DNA of 20,000 bases, taken from IMG/VR virus record IMGVR_UViG_3300025018_000159; one strand, written 5' to 3'. The notes under the pieces were generated by a model. It did not search any database, was not told the DNA's origin, and saw only the letters and a list, made by a program, of their open reading frames with translations. The DNA comes from an uncultured virus (IMG/VR IMGVR_UViG_3300025018_000159). Taxonomy: Duplodnaviria > Heunggongvirae > Uroviricota > Caudoviricetes. Of this stretch, positions 1 through 8,904 are shown one piece after another. The translations under genes and the position numbers were made by a program. The stretch's first letter is position 1. Each line of letters begins with the position of its first letter.

Positions 1-2099
1 CGATAGACCGATCCCTGACGGAGAAGCAGCAGATCGACAGAGTCAACAAGGCGCTGGATCGCCGCATTGCTGAGGAAGAGGAGTTGGCGCGGAAAGGTCT
101 CGTGGATCGCATCCTGAGCAAGAGCAAACCTGTCACTGCCGCTGAAGTCGAAGCCCGTCGCAAAAAGCTCAACGGTCTTGTGGAAGCACGACGCAAAGCC
201 AAAGCTGCCCGGATTCCAAAAATAAGCGAACTCGATCTGGCGATCAAAGCTTCTGAGACCACAGCTCGACGTGTCCTCAAGCATTATGAGGACATCATCG
301 CCGGAATCAAGAAAGCCGCAAAGGCACCCTTCGAGATTGTCCCCGGTGAAGACCTGGCCAACCTGTGGGATCTGCGTGACGCTGCCAAAGCTACTGTTGT
401 GGAGATGCGGCAGATCGAGCGGGAGATGCGCCGGAAAAGCCCCGAGCAGATCGCCTACGCCGCACGTCTCCGCAGTCTTGAGAAAACCGTCGCCGATCTG
501 GAGTCACGTGCCAAGCGCGGGGACATCTCCAAGAAGGGCAAAGTGCTCGGCCCGGACACCCTGGAGGTCTCCGAACTCAAGAAGAGGGCTGACGCTGCCC
601 GTGCTGTCATCGAAGCCCTGCGTGCCGCCACAGACCCGCGCACACCTGAGCAGAAGAAGGATGACGCCCTCGTCAGGGCGAGCAAAACCCGCAAGGCCAA
701 GATTGAGGCCAGGATCGCGGCAGATGATTATGTGGACATTCCACCTGTGACCCGAGCAGAGAGCAAGGAACTTGTCCAGGCACGCTTTGAGGAACGCCGT
801 GCGAAGGATGAGTGGTTGAAGAACCGCCAGAAGTGGAACCTTGCGAACAGGGGAACCCTCGGGAAGATCAGCTACAAGCTGGGTTCTTTGTGGCAGTTCC
901 GGAAAGTGCTCATCCTGGGTCTCGACTTGTTGATCTTCCGCCAAGGTATCGTGCCCTTTATGAACAGGCCGATCCGCACTGTCCGCAACCTGTTCAAAGC
1001 CATCGGAGCCTACAGCGAAGCGAACGAGCTTGACGTTTATGACAGTATCATGAACCCGGCCAGGAACCCTTATGCGAAATTCCACAGTGTGGCCAAGCAG
1101 ATGAAGTTCTTTGGGCCGTTCGAGGAAGGATTCCGCAACAAGGAAGATCTTCCCGACCCGGAGATCCTGAACAAGCTGGCCAAGATTCCGGGACTCGGAA
1201 CTGTCTCGCAGATCATGCTGTCGCTTGAGCGTATCAACAGGGTTCACTTTAACCTGATGGCTAATGATGCTTTTAATGCCCTCCTTAGTATTGCCCCAGC
1301 AAACGCGCCCACAAAATCTGATATTCTTCTGGCCGCAAACGCGGCAATGACAGCCGTTGGCCGTGGAAGTTTCAAAAACCAAAGGGCTGAGACTGGTATC
1401 GAGCTGGCCAACTATGCCTTGCTGTCCACACGTTACTACGTGGCTCGTGCAAAGCTCGTGACCCTGGAACCGATCTGGTCAACCCGTGGAGGGTTCGAAG
1501 GGACGCTGAAAATGCGTTCCAAGATTGCGTTTCAGCTCTACGGCATGGCACTGTTCAACACCGCATTGGTTATGACACTCCTTGCCCGTGGGTTCATGGA
1601 CGATGACGAGCGTGAGGACTTCATCAGCCCGACTTCGAGCAAGTTCGGAGCATTGAAGGTGAACGGAACCACCTATGAGCTGCTAGGCGGTGTCCGTGCC
1701 TTCATTAACCTTATCTCCCGCTTCGTTGCTGGCTACAAGGTGCAGGACGGGAAGGTCGTGAGCCTCGCCGGAGAAGACGCCAAGTATAAGCAGGATCTCA
1801 AGGAGGAGTGGACACGCTTCTGGCAGAACCGTAGGAATATCAACTTTGCGCTCCTTTTCGATGTTGCATCAAGGCAGCAGTTCGACGGATCGCCCACCAC
1901 GGTCAAGTCAGCCCTTACAGCTGCTGTTCTCAACATTAACATCGAGAATGACATCGAGATTATCAAGAAGCACGGTAAGGACAGCCCTATCCAAGCAGTT
2001 GTCTCAATCGCTGCTGTTCACTCCTCGCTGAACGTCAGGGCTGAGGACTACAAACCGAAAGAGAAGAAGTCGGCTGACCCCTTCAAATCCGGATTCTAA
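1..2099 (+). CDS. Large phage protein, 5'-truncated; probable internal virion/ejection-type (large polyvalent-like) protein
   Basis: The frame is open from position 3 (ATA GAC CGA...) to TAA at 2097-2099, so the true start lies upstream of the window. It has a charged helical N-terminal part and a C-terminal region with PTSSKFGALKVNGTTYELLGG, reminiscent of the C-termini of large phage virion proteins. The function is inferred. Confidence 0.55.
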   Translation, partial: IDRSLTEKQQIDRVNKALDRRIAEEEELARKGLVDRILSKSKPVTAAEVEARRKKLNGLVEARRKAKAARIPKISELDLAIKASETTARRVLKHYEDIIAGIKKAAKAPFEIVPGEDLANLWDLRDAAKATVVEMRQIEREMRRKSPEQIAYAARLRSLEKTVADLESRAKRGDISKKGKVLGPDTLEVSELKKRADAARAVIEALRAATDPRTPEQKKDDALVRASKTRKAKIEARIAADDYVDIPPVTRAESKELVQARFEERRAKDEWLKNRQKWNLANRGTLGKISYKLGSLWQFRKVLILGLDLLIFRQGIVPFMNRPIRTVRNLFKAIGAYSEANELDVYDSIMNPARNPYAKFHSVAKQMKFFGPFEEGFRNKEDLPDPEILNKLAKIPGLGTVSQIMLSLERINRVHFNLMANDAFNALLSIAPANAPTKSDILLAANAAMTAVGRGSFKNQRAETGIELANYALLSTRYYVARAKLVTLEPIWSTRGGFEGTLKMRSKIAFQLYGMALFNTALVMTLLARGFMDDDEREDFISPTSSKFGALKVNGTTYELLGGVRAFINLISRFVAGYKVQDGKVVSLAGEDAKYKQDLKEEWTRFWQNRRNINFALLFDVASRQQFDGSPTTVKSALTAAVLNINIENDIEIIKKHGKDSPIQAVVSIAAVHSSLNVRAEDYKPKEKKSADPFKSGF

Positions 2100-2296
2100 A
2101 AGCCCAGTTCCTCGTAGCTATAAGTCCGCTCATCGGAGCCGCAAACCACCTTGACGATCTGATCCACAGGATGCACCTCGATCATCGCCTCGTCCGAACC
2201 AGGCACCTCGGCCTTGAACCTGAAGGCTGCTGCGAGCATCAGCTCTTCGATAGAGAAGCTGGGAGCTAGGAAGGCTTCGGAGAAGTTGTAGAGCAT
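2096..2296 (-). CDS. Hypothetical protein (66 aa)
   Basis: ATG overlaps the polymerase stop (TAATG); last gene of the - strand operon. Confidence 0.7.
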   Translation of the reverse strand: MLYNFSEAFLAPSFSIEELMLAAAFRFKAEVPGSDEAMIEVHPVDQIVKVVCGSDERTYSYEELGF

Positions 2297-4272
2297 TAGT
2301 TCAGCGGGAAAAGTTTACTCCAATTCGGCCCCCACTCACCCTCAACCTTAATCGGAACCTTAAACTTGATGGCAGTCTCCATCGTATGCTTCATGTAATC
2401 GAAAGCCTTCTCGTTCCAGCCAGCCGAAACGCTGAAGTCCTTTTCATCGTGAACGATCAGCCGGGGGAATCCGATCTCATCGTAGACCCCGGCCTTCCAG
2501 CACTTCACGATGGCCATCTTCATCAGGTCTGCGGCAGATCCCTGGATGGTGTAGTTCAGCGCCTTGTGGAGATAAGCACGCTTGATGTTCGTTCCGTAAG
2601 CTTTGATCGCGGCTTCCAGCCGGAGCGCGAAGGGACGCTCGCCTTTCTTACTGAATTGCGGCTCCCACTTGTCGAAGAGGGCACGGCGTCCCATGATCGT
2701 TGTGGTGAAGCCATCCTCCTCCGCTTGGCTGCTGATCGCCTTCATCGTTCCGCGAACGTAGGGCAGACCTGTGTGGTAGGCTTCGAAGAACGTCGCCGCC
2801 TCCTCGTCGGAAAGCTGCATCATGCGCTGAAGCTTGTTCTCGCTGGCACCGTAGATCCCGGCGAAGTTGACGTTCTTCACGTGCTTCCGGTTCAACTCCA
2901 GACCCACGAGGTCGTAGATCATCTTCTGGGTGAAGTTGTGGTAGTCCGTGTTCGGGTTGTCGGTGTATTCCCGGCGAAGCTCACGAGACCCCTTGCCCAC
3001 AGCGTAGTGGGCCAGGATGCGGGATTCGATGGAACTGTAGTCATACTTCCGCCAGTGGTCGTGCCCTGCGTCCGGGATGAAGATCGCCCTGACAACCTTC
3101 GAGAGTTCGTTCCGTGAAGGAACCTGCTGGAGGTTGGGGTCTGAAGCACTCATCCGCCCCGTGACAGGCTTCAACGGATTGATATTGCCGTGAACCTTAC
3201 CGTTTACATTGGAGTTGAGAATAGCATTCTGGATGAATGTCGAGTTGTATTTCTTCAACTCCTCCAAGTCCACAATCATCTGACCAATGGGGTGTGCGAT
3301 CCCCTTGAGGAACTCGCCTGTCAAGGACATTTTCCCGTTCTCCGTCCGGTTGAAGTGGATCTTGAGCTTGGTGAAAACCTTCTCCATCTCCACAGGAGAT
3401 CCGGTGTTGACGGGACGCCCAGCGATGGTGTCAACCTCTTTCTGCACGGCGCGGGCGCTGAGGTCAATCTGGTGGTAAGCACGCTCGGCGGCATCGAGAT
3501 CCACACTCACCCCGGCGAGGCGCATCTGCACGAGCACGTGCTGAAGGTCGCACTCCATGCGGAACACGTCCCACAGGCCAAGCTCCTCCATGATCTTCCG
3601 CTGCTTCACCATGATCCGGAGCGGGAGATCCACATCAGACTCGGCGTAGAAACCCACGAGCGCGGGAGGGCACCTGTAGATGTTGCCCATTGCCACCTTC
3701 CGGCGCTCACCGTCCGTTTTTGCCCTGCCCTTGCCGAAGGCGTCCCAGGCCCAGTCGTAGAGCACGGAGGACTCCTTGCCGTCCTTCAGGTAGCGTTGGG
3801 CGGTTTCTTCCAGCGAGGCTGAGGCTGAGTGCTCGATCAGCTTCTCCGCGCTCCACGTGTCAAAGATGTCTCCCACAACGTCCACACCCTCGTGGGCGAG
3901 CCAGCCAAGGTCATAGAGGGTGTTGTGCCCAACCTTAACCTGGTGCGGCCTGGAAAGCTGCTCTGAGCAGTAATCCAGCACAGTCTGTGGATCGAGGTTC
4001 TCGAAGCCCTCATGCCGAATTGGGTAGTAGCGTTTGAAGCCGTCGTCTGTGGACAGTGCCACACCAACGATATGCCCATCACCGCGTCCCCATCCTGAGC
4101 CTTTCGCTTTCAGGTTCGGGTCGCAGGTCTCCACATCGAAGCCGATGAACTTGGCGCTCGACAGATCCGGCATCCGGGCATCGAGCTTCCACCCAGTCAC
4201 CGGAATCCTCGGCATCGGATTCGGTGCAAATCGTTTCGCCTTCGGTTCGTCCTCTTTCCAGATCAGGCTCAT
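2296..4272 (-). CDS. polA: Family A DNA polymerase with 3'-5' exonuclease domain
   Basis: Exo motifs FDVET, HNTLYDL and YAESDV. Polymerase motifs TGRMSASDPNLQQVP, A (DYSSIESRILAHY), B (RKHVKNVNFAGIYG) and C (VHDE). Start placed at ATG 4272 (MSLIWKE), which forms an ATGA overlap with the upstream gene. Confidence 0.95.
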   Translation of the reverse strand: MSLIWKEDEPKAKRFAPNPMPRIPVTGWKLDARMPDLSSAKFIGFDVETCDPNLKAKGSGWGRGDGHIVGVALSTDDGFKRYYPIRHEGFENLDPQTVLDYCSEQLSRPHQVKVGHNTLYDLGWLAHEGVDVVGDIFDTWSAEKLIEHSASASLEETAQRYLKDGKESSVLYDWAWDAFGKGRAKTDGERRKVAMGNIYRCPPALVGFYAESDVDLPLRIMVKQRKIMEELGLWDVFRMECDLQHVLVQMRLAGVSVDLDAAERAYHQIDLSARAVQKEVDTIAGRPVNTGSPVEMEKVFTKLKIHFNRTENGKMSLTGEFLKGIAHPIGQMIVDLEELKKYNSTFIQNAILNSNVNGKVHGNINPLKPVTGRMSASDPNLQQVPSRNELSKVVRAIFIPDAGHDHWRKYDYSSIESRILAHYAVGKGSRELRREYTDNPNTDYHNFTQKMIYDLVGLELNRKHVKNVNFAGIYGASENKLQRMMQLSDEEAATFFEAYHTGLPYVRGTMKAISSQAEEDGFTTTIMGRRALFDKWEPQFSKKGERPFALRLEAAIKAYGTNIKRAYLHKALNYTIQGSAADLMKMAIVKCWKAGVYDEIGFPRLIVHDEKDFSVSAGWNEKAFDYMKHTMETAIKFKVPIKVEGEWGPNWSKLFPLN

Positions 4273-5204
4273 ACGTTCACCCTTGTTGCTGCAATCACCC
4301 TGCAATTCTCGCTCACGGACATGATGCGGGAGCCGCAGGAGCTTAGGCGAATATCCTGACCGACCCGCGTAGCGAAGTCGATGTTTTTCTTGCTAATCAG
4401 AAAGCTACACTTCCCGATGAATACCTCGCCCAACACCCCCTCCATGTCGTCGCCAATGTAAGTGACACAACCATCCTCAAAACGGAACTTTTCGCACTGG
4501 ATGGCGTGGAGGTCGTCGGCGAGATTCTTGACCAAACCGCAGTCCGTCCACTTGTCCTTGAAGAGGTTCGACGTGTCAATCATCTGCTCTGCGATACAGA
4601 GGCTGGTGAGTGAGCTTCCATCGGCGAAGAACACCTTAACCATGCGCCCGTCAGAACTAACCCCCGTCACCGGGGAGGTGAATTTGACGATTGCCTTGCA
4701 CGTCTCCAGGGGCAGGTTGAACTCCAGATCCTCATCCACACCACTGACGGCACTCACGATGATGACACTGTTTGTGGACTCCATCACCCCGTTTCGGAAA
4801 GACACACCCTGTGCCCATGGGCGAGGACTTTCAGGGTCAATCACGTCAGCACACAGCTTCAGCAGCCCCATGTCCAGTTCGCATGGTGTGGCCTGTCCCA
4901 GCACGTCCAGCGTAGCCATCTCATCCGCATCCAGATACGGGATCGAAAGCTTCTCCTTGCCCTCCTTGAGCACGAGCTTGTTCTTCTGGAGCGTGTAGGA
5001 GACAACCTTCCTGGGCTTGCGGAAAAACACCGCTGCCTTGGATGGGCTGAAGCAGGCTTTGATGTCCACCTCCACCGGAACCCGGATACAGAACGTCCCG
5101 CCGAAAGCGACCATGAAGCCGTCTTCGAGCTTCACCATTGAAGCGGTGGGGGAAGGTGCGGAAGGGTTGAGCGCAAGGGAGCAGAGGGCTAGGGCTGATT
5201 TCAT
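4269..5204 (-). CDS. Putative DNA polymerase beta-clamp-like processivity factor
   Basis: 311 aa, beta-rich and translationally coupled to the polymerase. PESPRPWAQGVSFRNGVMESTNSVIIV resembles the DnaN segment RPxLxGV...ATDG. Confidence 0.55.
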   Translation of the reverse strand: MKSALALCSLALNPSAPSPTASMVKLEDGFMVAFGGTFCIRVPVEVDIKACFSPSKAAVFFRKPRKVVSYTLQKNKLVLKEGKEKLSIPYLDADEMATLDVLGQATPCELDMGLLKLCADVIDPESPRPWAQGVSFRNGVMESTNSVIIVSAVSGVDEDLEFNLPLETCKAIVKFTSPVTGVSSDGRMVKVFFADGSSLTSLCIAEQMIDTSNLFKDKWTDCGLVKNLADDLHAIQCEKFRFEDGCVTYIGDDMEGVLGEVFIGKCSFLISKKNIDFATRVGQDIRLSSCGSRIMSVSENCRVIAATRVNV

Positions 5205-5434
5205 TTTGATGCAGTTTTTGGTCTTTCGATGTCGCCGGAGCTTGTAGCCTCCCAGTCTCCGCTATCCCAATTTTTGGTGATTGCGAAGCACTCGGGGTGC
5301 GCGTGACTGGTGCCGAATCCAATGCCGTTCACAAGCCACGTCCACCGCTCACAAGGTTCACCCTTGAGGATGAGTTCGTTACAGAGGCGGCACCTGTGGT
5401 CTTTGCGCGGGATGCACAAGGAGTCGGCTTTCAT
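5201..5434 (-). CDS. Small putative Zn-binding protein (CxxC...HxxC)
   Basis: RKDHRCRLCNELI...HAHPEC; ATGA overlaps at both ends. Confidence 0.7.
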   Translation of the reverse strand: MKADSLCIPRKDHRCRLCNELILKGEPCERWTWLVNGIGFGTSHAHPECFAITKNWDSGDWEATSSGDIERPKTASK

Positions 5435-5634
5435 TCCAGTATCAGGTCAAGCTCCGAACCATGCCTTGCCAGCGCGATCCCACCGACCACTTCCACGAGC
5501 CTGAAGTCACACCCCCTGAGTGTGGCTATCGCCTTGTCGAGTATCCCGGTTTCCTCCTTGCTGTATAGTTTGGTAATTAGGCGGTAGCCTAGTTTCTCTG
5601 CTTGTGCTTCTGTTACAGTATCGTATTTGTTCAT
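5431..5634 (-). CDS. Hypothetical protein (67 aa)
   Basis: Preceded by the recurrent AACGACAATG leader; coupled to the next gene. Confidence 0.75.
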   Translation of the reverse strand: MNKYDTVTEAQAEKLGYRLITKLYSKEETGILDKAIATLRGCDFRLVEVVGGIALARHGSELDLILE

Positions 5635-5654
5635 TGTCGTTGTTGTTATTGAGA

Positions 5655-7265
5655 TTATTTGTTGAAGTCACACCCAATCACATTGGAGTGCTCTCCGGCG
5701 ATGTCCACGCGGATGATGTCCGGGACACGAAGCTCGTCCTTTGCCCGTGCCGCAGCTTCCTCGCTGGTCTTTGGACAAGGTAGTTCCCCGCCCCTGAATG
5801 TCCACCAGTTTTCCCATCTATTTTTGCCGTAGGGCGCTTCAGGGAAAAGGGCTTCCTTGTGGGAACTCACACCTGTCATATACGTCACCCTGAAGTAGGG
5901 CGCAAGGGTCTTCTTGGCGATCTTTTCCTGGTAGAGGATACCCCGGACAGGGTGCTCGACGATGACGCAGGCGGGGGTGTCCGTGACTTTAAGAATAGCG
6001 TCGGTGCCAGCGGTCTTCTTGATGGTGGATGGAGGGGGGAACACATAACCGCAATCTGGGCACACCACAGTGCGTGTGTGAAGATAGGAGTAGCACTGAG
6101 GACACTCCTTAACTGGAGCCTCACCTTTCACTTCATCCCCCTTGCGCCTTGGCTGGGGAACCACTGGATCATTTACCGGGCCGAGACGGCGGGTATTCCC
6201 AGCAAAGTCAAGAACTAAGCCATCTTTTTTATTAGGTGCTCTTCTAGTTAGACGAACACAGCCTTGAACCCACAGCGCCACAGACTGGGTTGCCCGTGCC
6301 CACGCCAAGAGATCCAGCTCAGGAAAATCCCAACCACGGCCATAGAGGCCGCAGTTCACCAGCACCCTGTATTCCCCGGCACGGAAAGCAGCCTCTGACT
6401 GTTCCCTGAAGCGCATGTCGTCCTCACCGGACAACATGACTGCTGGGATGCCTTTCGAGTTGAAAAGCTTCGCCAACTTGTGGCCGTGCTTCACACCGGA
6501 GCTAAACACGAGCCAATGCTTCCTATCGTGACCGTAGCGGATGCACTCCTCGACCACAGCACGATTCAACTCATCGGTATCAGCTACGGCTTCCAGGGAT
6601 TTCTGATCGAACTCGCCGCCCTTCATGGCGACATTTTGAACGTCGATTTCAGTGCAGGCTTTCTTCGTGACCAGTGGGGAGAGGAAGCCGTTGTTTACAA
6701 ACCAGTTGAACTTCTCCGCCTTTGTCAAGTCGATAATTATCCTGTCCCACAGGTCTGAGTTTGTCAGGCAACCTGTCCCCCTACGATAAGGGGTCGCGGT
6801 AAAGCCAAGAATACGGACATTCGGGTTCAACTCTCTAACAGAACTGACTAGCTTCATGTATAACGTCTCCTCTTTCGGTGAGACCAGATCACACTCGTCG
6901 ATAAAGATCACGTTCCACTTTCCCAGCTCATTGATGCGCTTTGCCACAGACTGGATGCCTGCGAAGATTATGGGGTGTTTGGTGTCCCTGCGGTTGAGGC
7001 CGGAGGAATAGATCCCTGCCGGAGCCTGTGGCCAGAACTTCAGCATGGATTCGCAGTTCTGGTTGATGACCTTGGCGTCATGGACTAAGGAGAGCACGCG
7101 GGTTCCTGGCCACTTGGTGACAAGCTGCTTGATGACGCGATTCATCGTGTGGCTTTTACCTGTGCCACCGGGGGAGGCAACTACACCGTTGCCTGTATGT
7201 TCAAACAAGTGTTCGAAACAGGCGTTGTAGATGTCCTCTTGATATTGTCGGTCTTGATAGCTCAT
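5655..7265 (-). CDS. Superfamily 2 DNA helicase (RadD/YejH-like) with C-terminal Zn finger
   Basis: Q motif RQYQ, motif I SPGGTGKS, motif II IDECD, motif III TATPYR, and LDFAGNTRRLGP followed by CPQC...CPDC. Confidence 0.92.
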   Translation of the reverse strand: MSYQDRQYQEDIYNACFEHLFEHTGNGVVASPGGTGKSHTMNRVIKQLVTKWPGTRVLSLVHDAKVINQNCESMLKFWPQAPAGIYSSGLNRRDTKHPIIFAGIQSVAKRINELGKWNVIFIDECDLVSPKEETLYMKLVSSVRELNPNVRILGFTATPYRRGTGCLTNSDLWDRIIIDLTKAEKFNWFVNNGFLSPLVTKKACTEIDVQNVAMKGGEFDQKSLEAVADTDELNRAVVEECIRYGHDRKHWLVFSSGVKHGHKLAKLFNSKGIPAVMLSGEDDMRFREQSEAAFRAGEYRVLVNCGLYGRGWDFPELDLLAWARATQSVALWVQGCVRLTRRAPNKKDGLVLDFAGNTRRLGPVNDPVVPQPRRKGDEVKGEAPVKECPQCYSYLHTRTVVCPDCGYVFPPPSTIKKTAGTDAILKVTDTPACVIVEHPVRGILYQEKIAKKTLAPYFRVTYMTGVSSHKEALFPEAPYGKNRWENWWTFRGGELPCPKTSEEAAARAKDELRVPDIIRVDIAGEHSNVIGCDFNK

Positions 7266-8110
7266 TTAGTTACATCTTTATACTCCCCACAAACCTCCCC
7301 AAACTCTCTTCCCTTACCACACACCCATGTCCTGTTCTCCCCAGGACTCGCAAACTTGCAAGTCCTACAGCTAACCTCCGAAGCAGCACCCTCGTGACAC
7401 ACGCTGTAAAAATCACAATACTTACAAGCATACCAGCTTGGGTTATTGGAGACCCTTTCCGGAGGGCTAGTCGCTTCTAAGATGTCCTGTGCCCTGTCCA
7501 CGAGCTGGCCGAACTGAGCCTTGTTGAAGGGTATCCACTCCATGTGGAGTTCATCCGTGTTCTTGTTCACAGCGATGAACAGGGCGGCTTTCAGTCCGTT
7601 ATAGCCACAGTAGAGGATGCACTGGCTATAGTATTTGATGTCGGACTTTTTGACGCCTGACTTGACGAGCTGGTTAAAGCGTTTGTCGGAATAGGTTTTA
7701 TATTCCAGCAGGAAAGGGTGCGGTTTGCTTCCTTTAACCCAGAACTTCTTCGGAGCCTTGCCCACTCCGTCCATACTTCCAGAAAGGTGCCCCTCGAAGT
7801 CCGTGGCTTTAAACTGCTTGCCTTCGGCGTCTACCTCAAACACGTCGAAGCCGATTCCACGGAGGAAATAGTTGAAGGAGTATTCCTCCAAATGACCTCT
7901 ACGAAAGAGCCTGAGGATACGTGAAGGAAAAGACTTCGCGGCCACCTTGCGGAATGAATACCAGATCTCCCGTGTGCATTCACCGCCTAGGGCGCTCATG
8001 CCGAGATAGTGGCGCTCCTTGTTTTCGGGAATCACCATGTGGTGCTCCTCGGGGTGTCCCTCGAAGACGAACTTTTCGATGGCTTGGTGTATAAGTGGTA
8101 TATTAAGCAT
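7262..8110 (-). CDS. Cas4-like PD-(D/E)xK exonuclease
   Basis: N-terminal Cys (GGECTRE), GSMDG, LEYKT, QxxxY (QCILY) and C-terminal CKYCDFYSVC, the Fe-S ligand pattern. Confidence 0.85.
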   Translation of the reverse strand: MLNIPLIHQAIEKFVFEGHPEEHHMVIPENKERHYLGMSALGGECTREIWYSFRKVAAKSFPSRILRLFRRGHLEEYSFNYFLRGIGFDVFEVDAEGKQFKATDFEGHLSGSMDGVGKAPKKFWVKGSKPHPFLLEYKTYSDKRFNQLVKSGVKKSDIKYYSQCILYCGYNGLKAALFIAVNKNTDELHMEWIPFNKAQFGQLVDRAQDILEATSPPERVSNNPSWYACKYCDFYSVCHEGAASEVSCRTCKFASPGENRTWVCGKGREFGEVCGEYKDVTK

Positions 8111-8510
8111 GGTGTCTATCTTCTAAGTAAGCCGTAAACACAGCTTTAAAAGTATCGAGGTCATTGACCACAACGGCCAGGTATCCCTCTTCGGTTGCGG
8201 TATTCAGAAACGCTTTCTGCTCCGGCTTGGGTGCTCCCCCGGCTTTCTTCAGTTCCACGTAGAGACCCGCATACTCGCCGGAGCGCAGTGGCAGGAACAC
8301 GTCAGGAAAGCCAGCGCAGACACCCATCATCTTGAGCTTGGAAGCCTCACGCTGGGAGCGCCGACCGCCGTTGGGGCAATGCACGAAGACCTGTGGCTCG
8401 TTGGTGTTGTAGAGCGCCTTCTTGCCGAAACGGGCGCACTCGATCTGGAGGGCGTCTTCGGTTTTCTGCCATGCAAGTTTGGCAGGGAGTCGGAGGTCTA
8501 TGTAGGGCAT
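8103..8510 (-). CDS. VRR-NUC domain nuclease
   Basis: TEDALQ, HCPNGGRR, GVCAGFPDV, YVELK and PKPEQKAF match the VRR-NUC pattern. Confidence 0.9.
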   Translation of the reverse strand: MPYIDLRLPAKLAWQKTEDALQIECARFGKKALYNTNEPQVFVHCPNGGRRSQREASKLKMMGVCAGFPDVFLPLRSGEYAGLYVELKKAGGAPKPEQKAFLNTATEEGYLAVVVNDLDTFKAVFTAYLEDRHHA

Positions 8511-8543
8511 TGTCGTATTAGTAATAATCGTCTTCGTCTCCGT

Positions 8544-8894
8544 CTATGATACCATCAAGGATACCGTGCTTGTCAGCAACGCCCATGAAGTATTGCTCCA
8601 TAGGGTTGTTAATTGCAAACCTAGTTGGACGACTAAGATCCGGCGCATTCCAGCTTCACGGACAAAGCTGTCGAAGTCCTCAACCACGCCCCACGGGGTG
8701 CCCTTGGCCTGCGCTTTGCTCGCGCACTCTTCCCGGTGTGTCCGGTATTGACCGAAGTTACAGACCTGATCTGCTGTAAACTGTGGGACTCCCAGAATGT
8801 CCCTGTGGCGTGATTTCTGCCCCTTCATCACGTAATAGCCTGAAGCTTTCCACTCATCGTAGGAAAGGGCTGTGTCTTCGAGTTCTAGGGGCAT
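8544..8894 (-). CDS. Hypothetical protein; 3' end uncertain (see findings)
   Basis: AACGACAATG leader; the N-terminus (SYDEWKASGYYVMKGQKS) looks protein-like, but the C-terminal frame is ambiguous. Confidence 0.65.
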   Translation of the reverse strand: MPLELEDTALSYDEWKASGYYVMKGQKSRHRDILGVPQFTADQVCNFGQYRTHREECASKAQAKGTPWGVVEDFDSFVREAGMRRILVVQLGLQLTTLWSNTSWALLTSTVSLMVS

Positions 8895-8904
8895 TGTCGT
8901 TATT

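Noticed and set aside
7262..8110. CRISPR-Cas system based on the Cas4-like gene
   Set aside because: No cas1/cas2 or array; stand-alone Cas4-like nucleases are usual in phage replication modules.
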